Positions 57,535 to 64,000 of a stretch of DNA of 64,000 nt are shown here, piece after piece. The notes below the pieces were generated by a model. The model was given only the letters and a program-made list of their open reading frames with translations. It did not search any database and had not been told where the DNA came from. A program made the position numbers and the translations under genes. The stretch spans positions 9,631 through 73,630 of the forward strand of contig CAYPPJ010000002.1 in assembly GCA_964412585.1 (NCBI GenBank), given 5' to 3'. Within the stretch, counting starts at the first letter, position 1. Every line of letters starts with the position of its first letter. This DNA comes from an uncultured Candidatus Saccharibacteria bacterium (GTDB lineage Bacteria > Patescibacteriota > Minisyncoccia > Phycocordibacterales > PALSA-1337).

Positions 57535-59055
57535 TCACCCAAGTTGTGGTCGGTATTGGAGCGCCTCGAGGAGGTGCTCTTTTTGTATATGACTGTCCCC
57601 TGCTAGATCAGCAATAGTTTGGGCAACTTTGATGACGCGATGAAATGAACGACCCGAAAGCCCGAGCCTTTCAGCAGAAGTCTTGAGGGTTTGACGGACA
57701 TCGTCACTCATTGATACCAATACATCGAGGTGTTCTGCCCCCATTTCACTATTGAACACGAGATGACTCGCGTGCGCTTCAAAACGTTGTCGCTGTCTGT
57801 CACGCGCGCGCTCGATACGTCGACGGATTGTTGAGGAACGTTCCGATACTGATGTTTTTGAGGCAAGTTGTTCATAATCAATCTTTGAAACAGGAATCCA
57901 GATATCTATACGATCTACAATAGGACCGGACAGCTTTTGCCAATATGCACGAACGATACGTTCGGCACAGGTGCACCCGGCATGTTTACCTCGTCCACAG
58001 GGGCATGGGTTCATAGAAGCAATAAGTATGCATTGCGCGGGAAATGTAAGAGATCCTTGAGATCTGGATACAGTGATCTTCCTGTCTTCAAGAGGCTGGC
58101 GGAGCGATTCGATGACGTCTCTACTAAACTCTGGTAACTCATCCAAAAATAGTACACCACGATGTGCCAGTGTTACTTCTCCCGGCTTTGGGAAGCTTCC
58201 TCCTCCGACAATAGATGGATATGACGCTGTATGGTGGGGCGCCCTGAACGGTGGGGTTGCTATAAGTCCAGTCGAAAGCAAGTGCGCTGCGGAATATATA
58301 CTCGTCACCTCGATGGAGTGCTCATATGAAAGCGGTGGTAACAAGGAATGAAAACTTCGTGCCAGCATGCTCTTTCCCGTGCCGGGCGGTCCAAGTAATA
58401 CTACGTTGTGTGCACCAGCTGCCGCTATTTCGAGACCACGTTTGGCAGCCTCATTGCCCCGAATATGCACCATGTCATCAGTATATGATGGTGGATCCTG
58501 CAGGACGATGACTGGCGGTAGAGGCGTGATGCGTACTGATCCATCCATATGGTTCAGGATTTCTTTTAGTGAGTGTACTGGATACATAGTAATCCCTCGC
58601 GCCAAAGACGCTTCCTCAGCATTTTCCGCAGGAATAAAAACAGAAGTGAATCCCTGCTCAACTGCTTGGTGAACTATTGGTAGAACTCCGGCAATTCTAC
58701 GAATCTTGCCATCAAGTGATAATTCTCCAAGAAATAGTTTATTGTCCGCATCCAATTCTATATCACTGCATGCTGCCAGATATGCCAGTGCCATCGCCAC
58801 GTCAAATGACGGTCCAACCTTACGAAGGTCTGCGGGCGCGAGGGAAATGATAACCTTTTGATTTTTTTGTTTTGGAGATATGTACCCACTGTTCTTTATA
58901 GCAGCGGAGATCCTATCTCGAGCCTCATCGACAGCACGATCGCCAAGTCCAACAATGGAAAATGAGTGTAGACCATTTGAAATGTCTACTTCTATGGTAA
59001 CTATGTGCGAACGAAGACCAATAAGCTGTGCGCTGTATACTCTGATAAGTGGCAT
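57535..59055 (-). CDS. comM: Mg-chelatase-like AAA+ ATPase YifB/ComM
   Basis: N-terminal Lon-protease-like domain, Walker A LLGPPGTGKSMLA, Walker B VLFLDELPEF, C-terminal Mg_chelatase_C. Confidence 0.9.
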   Translation of the reverse strand: MPLIRVYSAQLIGLRSHIVTIEVDISNGLHSFSIVGLGDRAVDEARDRISAAIKNSGYISPKQKNQKVIISLAPADLRKVGPSFDVAMALAYLAACSDIELDADNKLFLGELSLDGKIRRIAGVLPIVHQAVEQGFTSVFIPAENAEEASLARGITMYPVHSLKEILNHMDGSVRITPLPPVIVLQDPPSYTDDMVHIRGNEAAKRGLEIAAAGAHNVVLLGPPGTGKSMLARSFHSLLPPLSYEHSIEVTSIYSAAHLLSTGLIATPPFRAPHHTASYPSIVGGGSFPKPGEVTLAHRGVLFLDELPEFSRDVIESLRQPLEDRKITVSRSQGSLTFPAQCILIASMNPCPCGRGKHAGCTCAERIVRAYWQKLSGPIVDRIDIWIPVSKIDYEQLASKTSVSERSSTIRRRIERARDRQRQRFEAHASHLVFNSEMGAEHLDVLVSMSDDVRQTLKTSAERLGLSGRSFHRVIKVAQTIADLAGDSHIQKEHLLEALQYRPQLG

Positions 59056-59150
59056 GTTTTCAGCCTATCAAATCAGTATGAAGAAACGCTGAAGAATCGA
59101 TAAAGATTCGCTGGAGATTGATTTGTGTGTCCGAATTGCTCCAGCTACTA

Positions 59151-59519
59151 CTAAGCAGTGTGAGCGTGCTTTATAGAGATGCGTGCTGAAGGATTTGCGA
59201 GAAGCCGCTCTTCCTCAATAGGTTTGCCACAGGTTTCGCAATTGCCATAAGTACCGTTATCGATCCGTTCAAGGGCTGCCGATACATCCATGAGCTGTTT
59301 ATCGAGTTGACTTACGATACTTGTGTTTTCCTCGAGCTCTTCGAGTTTGTCAGCGACCTCATTTTCATCTGCTGAGTCTACTTGCATATCAGCTGTTGTG
59401 GCTTCCCAGTTACCTGCTACCCCGGGATTGCGGCGCCCGATACCACCGAGCTGACTCTCCAAGTCGGCTTTTTCTGCGAGCAGTTTCTTTTTGAATTGTT
59501 CGAGCGACTTTTTATTCAT
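59151..59519 (-). CDS. dksA: DksA/TraR-family C4 zinc-finger protein
   Basis: Coiled-coil N-terminus and C-terminal CETCGKPIEEERLLANPSARIC... motif. Confidence 0.8.
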   Translation of the reverse strand: MNKKSLEQFKKKLLAEKADLESQLGGIGRRNPGVAGNWEATTADMQVDSADENEVADKLEELEENTSIVSQLDKQLMDVSAALERIDNGTYGNCETCGKPIEEERLLANPSARISIKHAHTA

Positions 59520-59528
59520 ACCAACATC

Positions 59529-61352
59529 CTATCGTATAAAAGACTGTTTTTCAAGTCGGCTCAGGATTTCTGCGAGGGTCGATTCTGTGTCTGAAATCAC
59601 TAACTTTGTATTGTCGATAAATGAATACAGGAAGAGTATCTGTCCACTATCGGTGCGAAATGCTCGCACGTCCTTGTTTTTGACAATACGATCTTCAAAT
59701 TTGCCACGGATGGTGAGATATTGTCGAAGGGGGGCAACGGTCTCCACCGTCGTTGAAGCTGTCCCTGATCGGGTAGAAGAGGCTGTGGCATTTCTTGTCG
59801 TTGCGGTGCTTGTTGCTTGTGCCATGGAACTGGTGGCAGCCGTTGTACTTCCAGCAAAAGGCAAAATTGAGTCTATTCCACTGAGTGGGTTTACCGGAAC
59901 GACGGCACGTGATGTTCCATTGGCGTTCAGAATACCCTCAACGTTGTCTGGGTATAGGAATTGTCGGAGATCGTCAGCCATGACTCGTTCCCACTGGAGC
60001 ATGCCCGCAAAAGTATTTTGGAAGAAGTTTGTTGTTCCTACGATGAAAACACTTTTTACATTGTCAGGACTATTGTATACACCAAGCATCCAGTTTGGTG
60101 TGAGTGACCTGGTCAGTATATCGGGCGCGTTGATATCCAACCGTTTGATCATGTCTGTCGCAGAGACACGTACAAGCTGGCCAGAAGTATCTTTGGTTGC
60201 CATGATAATTTCTCTTATGGAGTTAGGTTCTTGTGGCTTGTTTATTTCTTGTGCGATGGTCGCTCTCATAAGATTGGGACTCTGTGAAGCTATAGTTAGC
60301 ACAGCTTGAGTATCAGCCGGTATGATACTTGGAGAGGCCTTCTGCTGCGGGATTATTGGAGTGACCGGTGCCAGAGCGCTTTTACTGTAGAGGTAGTATG
60401 CTCCGTACGCCCCTCCCCCCAGTAATAATATGCTAATGACCAACATGGTAATCTTGCGTCCTGCATGACTCGGCGTCTCGTCCCCAACTCGCTCAGCCCC
60501 CTGTTGTTTCTTGCTTTCCGCAATAGCGATTGAAGCCGTCGATGTTCTTTTGTGCGACATTGCTTCCGCGACATCTCCTTCATACGTGCGTACAGGCTTT
60601 ATTGTCTCACGCTGAAATCCCTGCTGTTCTTGCGGAGCAGTTGAAACAGGTGTCTGCGGTGCTTGCGGGGCCAGACTTTGTTGTGGAACGTTTTGGGAGG
60701 GGACTTGAGGACTTCCTGGTCGTGCTGCGACAGGCGCTGTATTTGCTCGGGCTGTGTCAGGACGAACATTTGTATGCAACGCAGCTGCAATTTCGTCTTG
60801 CAATAAACGAGCACGTTGCTGATCAGGAACTAACGGGGCTACAGGTTTTTGTATAGGTGTCTGAGGCTGGCTTTTTACTAGTATTGGTCCAGATTGATAC
60901 GTAGGCTGAGGACGTTTCTGAATAACTGGACTTGATGAGGTGGCCGGCCTTGGAGCAGAGGGAGCAATAGGTTTTGCTTGGGATGCCACCACTGGCTTGA
61001 AAACAGGCTGTGGGGCTGGTGCGGTCCGAGGCGCAGTCGGTGCGCCTGGCATAACTGCTGCTACTGAAGGGGCAAATGGGGTAGCATCAAAGCTCCCAAT
61101 CTTCTGGTCGAGCAGTTCCTCTTCAGGTGGTGGCGTCGAACGCTTTTCGGTCTCAATAGTTTGCGAGACGGGAGCCTGAGACGGAGAAACTACTTCAGAA
61201 TCACCGGCGAATGCGTCGCTCGATATAGGGGATATGTTGTCCTCTGATATATCGAAAATTTGATTCGATAAATTAGCCGGCGGCGTTTCCGAGGCTGGTG
61301 CTGGCGCACTTAGGTTGTCTGATGAGAACTCCTCTTGTTGATCCATTACCAT
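59529..61352 (-). CDS. Pro/Ala/Gln-rich bitopic membrane protein with C-terminal extracytoplasmic domain
   Basis: ~300-aa proline-rich cytoplasmic region, single TM ITMLVISILLLGGGAYGAYYLY, then 270-aa globular domain; plus-strand ORF 59491..60309 inside it judged spurious. Confidence 0.55.
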   Translation of the reverse strand: MVMDQQEEFSSDNLSAPAPASETPPANLSNQIFDISEDNISPISSDAFAGDSEVVSPSQAPVSQTIETEKRSTPPPEEELLDQKIGSFDATPFAPSVAAVMPGAPTAPRTAPAPQPVFKPVVASQAKPIAPSAPRPATSSSPVIQKRPQPTYQSGPILVKSQPQTPIQKPVAPLVPDQQRARLLQDEIAAALHTNVRPDTARANTAPVAARPGSPQVPSQNVPQQSLAPQAPQTPVSTAPQEQQGFQRETIKPVRTYEGDVAEAMSHKRTSTASIAIAESKKQQGAERVGDETPSHAGRKITMLVISILLLGGGAYGAYYLYSKSALAPVTPIIPQQKASPSIIPADTQAVLTIASQSPNLMRATIAQEINKPQEPNSIREIIMATKDTSGQLVRVSATDMIKRLDINAPDILTRSLTPNWMLGVYNSPDNVKSVFIVGTTNFFQNTFAGMLQWERVMADDLRQFLYPDNVEGILNANGTSRAVVPVNPLSGIDSILPFAGSTTAATSSMAQATSTATTRNATASSTRSGTASTTVETVAPLRQYLTIRGKFEDRIVKNKDVRAFRTDSGQILFLYSFIDNTKLVISDTESTLAEILSRLEKQSFIR

Positions 61353-61399
61353 TCATTATAGCCTACTCGTTACAATTTCTACAAAATCTCTTCCCCATC

Positions 61400-61430
61400 A
61401 AAAACGCCCCTGTCCGGGGCGTTTTCTTTT
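61400..61430. terminator. Rho-independent terminator downstream of pnp
   Basis: aaaacgcccc-tgtcc-ggggcgtttt followed by cttttg. Confidence 0.8.
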
Positions 61431-61442
61431 GCGGTGTAGTTT

Positions 61443-63599
61443 TTAGTATCTTTTCTTGAAATCTTTTCGCGGTCCTCTGTCTCCCATTGGTTTTGGTGTT
61501 TCTTCCCTCTTGGTGAAGAAGTCTGGGTTAGCTCCCTTGATTGAGAGATTGAGTCTACCCTTTTCATCTACTTCCTTCACAACAACTGGAACCTTGTCAC
61601 CTTCTTTGATATAGGTTTCAACACGCTCGACACGGAACGGTGCGATTTCTGAGACGTGTACAAGACCTTCTGCATTCGGACCGATCTTCACAAAGGCACC
61701 AAAGTCCATCATGCGTACGACTTCCCCTTCAAACTTTTCTCCCGGCATATATTCACGAGTCATGTTGAAGATGATTTCCTTTGCCTTGAGTGCAGTCTCA
61801 TTTTTTCCAGTGATGAATATTGATCCATCATCTTCGATAGTAATATCATCGACGTGCGTTACGTCGCGGATTTCATTGATTGTTTTGCCACCAGTACCGA
61901 TGACGAGACCAATCTGATCAGGTTTGATCTTCATGACAATAATCTCTGGAGCATTTGGTGAAATCTTTGGTCGAGGTGCGGCGATCTCTTTTTGGATGAC
62001 GTCGAGTATCTTGAAGCGTGCTGCCTTTGCCTTTTCAAATGCTTCAGCAAGGATCTTGAGCGGAATACCGCCGACTTTCACATCCATTTGGACGGCTGTG
62101 ATACCCTCTCGAGTGCCTGCGACTTTGAAGTCCATATCACCGTGGTGATCTTCTGGTCCCTGGATATCAGTGAGAACTTTATATTCCTTTTCATTTTTCA
62201 TCATCAACCCACTGGCGATGCCGGCGACTGGTGCCTTTATTGGAACACCGCCGTCCATGAGTGCGAGTGTTGATCCGCAGACCGATCCCATCGAAGTAGA
62301 ACCGTTGGAGGCCATAGCCTCTGAGACGAGACGGATCGTATAAGGAAATGCGTCCTTTGCTGGGATTACGGGAAGCAGTGCTTTTTCTGCGAGTGCACCG
62401 TGACCGATCATGCGGCGATTTGTATTGCCGACACGACCTGTCTCACCTGTTGAGAATGGGGGGAAATTGTAATGGTGCATGAAGCGCTTGTTTTCTTGGA
62501 CAATCAAACCGTCTATAACTTGTGCATCACCAGGGCTTCCTAGCGTAAGGGCTGAAAGAATATGGGTTCCTCCGCGGAAGAATATGCCAGATCCATGGAG
62601 AATTGGTGAAACGCCTCCAGCCTGTGCGAAAAGTGGACGGACTTCATCCATGCCACGGCCATCTGCGCGCTTGCCATTTTGTATAGCTTCTTCATGAAGA
62701 AGATCATTTGTTGCTTCTTCAAAAACTTCTTGTGCCATTGCAGCATTTCCCTCGGGGAATTTTTCAGTGAACAACGTCGTCCACATGCCATTGATTTCAC
62801 TGATGCCTTCGTGTCCAGGCTTGCCGCTCATAACATATGTAGCGAGCTTTGGTGCAATTTCTGCTGCAAATAATTCCTTCGTGCCAGGAGTTGCTTCAGG
62901 CAAAACAACCTCGGCTTTCTTTTTGCCAATTTCTTTGATAATTTTTTGCTGCCATGCCTGAACTTTTTCTATTTCCGCAGAAGCACGAGTGAGGGCCTCG
63001 TTGACAATATCTTCCCCAACTTCTTTACTTCCCACTTCGATCATATTGATCATGCCATCTTTTCCACAGGCGACCATTTCGAGGACGATACCTGCTTCTT
63101 CGCGCGCCTTGAAGTCTGGGTTGATGAGCCAGTTGCCATCTTTGCCGATACGTACGGCTGAAACAGGTCCATTCCATGGGATATCAGAAATGCCAAGCGC
63201 CAGAGACGCAGCTATAACTGATACTACATCTGGATCATCTTGATCAATAGAGAGAGTGGTGATGATGACCTGTACTTCATTGCGAATCTTTTGGTTAAAA
63301 AGAGGGCGAATGGTGCGGTCGACGATACGTCCAGCGAGGATTGCTTCTGTCGAAGGTCTTCCCTCGCGGCGGACAAATCGTGAGCCAAGAATTTTTCCGG
63401 TTGCATAAAAGCGCTCCTCGTAATCAACGGTGAGTGGGAAGAAATCGCCATCCTTGAGTCCACCCATGACGGCGGTAGCCAGGACGGTTGTGTTTCCGTA
63501 ACGCAACATGACGGAGCCATTTGCGTTCTCTGCGAGATCGTTAAATTCAGCAGTCATTGTCTTGCCGCCAAGTTCGATCGAATATTCTTTTTTGTTCAT
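61443..63599 (-). CDS. pnp: polynucleotide phosphorylase (polyribonucleotide nucleotidyltransferase)
   Basis: Two RNase PH domains, KH and S1 domains (EGEVVRMMDFGAFVKIGP...), start set to MNKKEYSIELGG. Confidence 0.95.
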   Translation of the reverse strand: MNKKEYSIELGGKTMTAEFNDLAENANGSVMLRYGNTTVLATAVMGGLKDGDFFPLTVDYEERFYATGKILGSRFVRREGRPSTEAILAGRIVDRTIRPLFNQKIRNEVQVIITTLSIDQDDPDVVSVIAASLALGISDIPWNGPVSAVRIGKDGNWLINPDFKAREEAGIVLEMVACGKDGMINMIEVGSKEVGEDIVNEALTRASAEIEKVQAWQQKIIKEIGKKKAEVVLPEATPGTKELFAAEIAPKLATYVMSGKPGHEGISEINGMWTTLFTEKFPEGNAAMAQEVFEEATNDLLHEEAIQNGKRADGRGMDEVRPLFAQAGGVSPILHGSGIFFRGGTHILSALTLGSPGDAQVIDGLIVQENKRFMHHYNFPPFSTGETGRVGNTNRRMIGHGALAEKALLPVIPAKDAFPYTIRLVSEAMASNGSTSMGSVCGSTLALMDGGVPIKAPVAGIASGLMMKNEKEYKVLTDIQGPEDHHGDMDFKVAGTREGITAVQMDVKVGGIPLKILAEAFEKAKAARFKILDVIQKEIAAPRPKISPNAPEIIVMKIKPDQIGLVIGTGGKTINEIRDVTHVDDITIEDDGSIFITGKNETALKAKEIIFNMTREYMPGEKFEGEVVRMMDFGAFVKIGPNAEGLVHVSEIAPFRVERVETYIKEGDKVPVVVKEVDEKGRLNLSIKGANPDFFTKREETPKPMGDRGPRKDFKKRY

Positions 63600-63772
63600 A
63601 GTTCGTGTTCGCCCCAAGATTTCAGCTTTGAATGAATCGCGCACTGGCGCATGCCTTGCGGCGCTTCAAATCTGCCTATCCGGGGGCGAGTTAGTTAATA
63701 AGGTGCTTCGAGCACACGTAATGTAGCACATCGTCAAATGCTTTGACAATTGGCGTGTTTGTTCTTGTCTCG

Positions 63773-64000
63773 CTATTTCTTCCCACCCGATCTCAAGAGA
63801 TACTTGCTCGAATTTTCATCGAGGTCCATAAAGTGGTCAACAGCATCAATAAGTTTAGCTGATGTTGATTTTCCAAATGAGGCAACCTCAACCTGGCATC
63901 CTTCTTTTCGTTTGAGGTATTCAACGAGAGGCACAAAGTCACCGTCACCGGTAACAAGGATAACCGCGTCAATTTTTGGAGCCATACTGACCGCGTCAAT
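63773..64000 (-). CDS. NYN/LabA-like (PIN-fold) domain protein, C-terminal part (gene continues past window end)
   Basis: DAVILVTGDGDFVPLVEYLKRKEGCQVEVASFGKSTS...LIDAVDHFMDL; reading frame remains open upstream to position 64000. Confidence 0.6.
   Translation of the reverse strand: MDAVSMAPKIDAVILVTGDGDFVPLVEYLKRKEGCQVEVASFGKSTSAKLIDAVDHFMDLDENSSKYLLRSGGKK

Noticed and set aside
59491-60309. 272-aa plus-strand ORF
   Set aside because: It is antisense to the 607-aa Pro-rich membrane-protein gene. Its translation is Ala/Val/Ser-rich low complexity with no motifs.

Overview
This 64-kb window reads as a chromosomal segment from a small-genome, gene-dense bacterium. It is most likely CPR/Patescibacteria-like, though that lineage call is an inference from gene content (short YidC, minimal T4SS, a giant surface protein) and is not verified.

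Housekeeping content is dense:
- Five tRNAs: Val-TAC, Arg-TCT, Ser-TGA, Arg-GCG and Lys-TTT.
- The origin-proximal block dnaA-dnaN plus divergent rpmH-rnpA-yidC.
- ruvA, ruvB, ruvC and ruvX dispersed across the window.
- polA-holA, fpg, pcrA/uvrD, comM, eno, pnp, rpsT, rsmA, tsaE, a murE-like ligase, a class A PBP, an Amidase_3 enzyme and a LysM-M23 peptidase.

Accessory content:
- A type IV pilus assembly set, pilM-pilN-pilO plus a fourth small gene, with a separate pilB/gspE ATPase.
- A 7.25-kb gene encoding a 2416-aa membrane-anchored surface protein with FN3/Ig-like repeats and a C-terminal GH9-like glycoside-hydrolase domain.
- A 12.7-kb, 10-gene minus-strand operon (40123..52831) encoding a minimal Gram-positive-type T4SS-like apparatus. 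It has a PrgI/VirB3-like protein, a VirB4 ATPase split into two adjacent ORFs, a VirB6/TrbL-like polytopic protein and several secreted or anchored proteins. A divergent small secreted pilin-like gene sits upstream.

The most unusual signal is non-coding. Two families of intergenic elements share one architecture: a conserved central module embedded at the apex of long (18-30 bp), mostly perfect inverted repeats whose arm sequences are unrelated between copies.
- Family 1 has a 47-nt conserved core and three copies: the amidase/fpg divergent region, the dnaA/rpmH divergent region, and the convergent gap between yidC and the end of the T4SS-like operon.
- Family 2 has a ~55-nt core with internal covarying mini-hairpins and two copies: after yebC and between pcrA and rsmA. 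A 13-mer of family-2 copy 2 recurs in the 3' end of ruvC.

No CRISPR array, IS element or integrase is visible.
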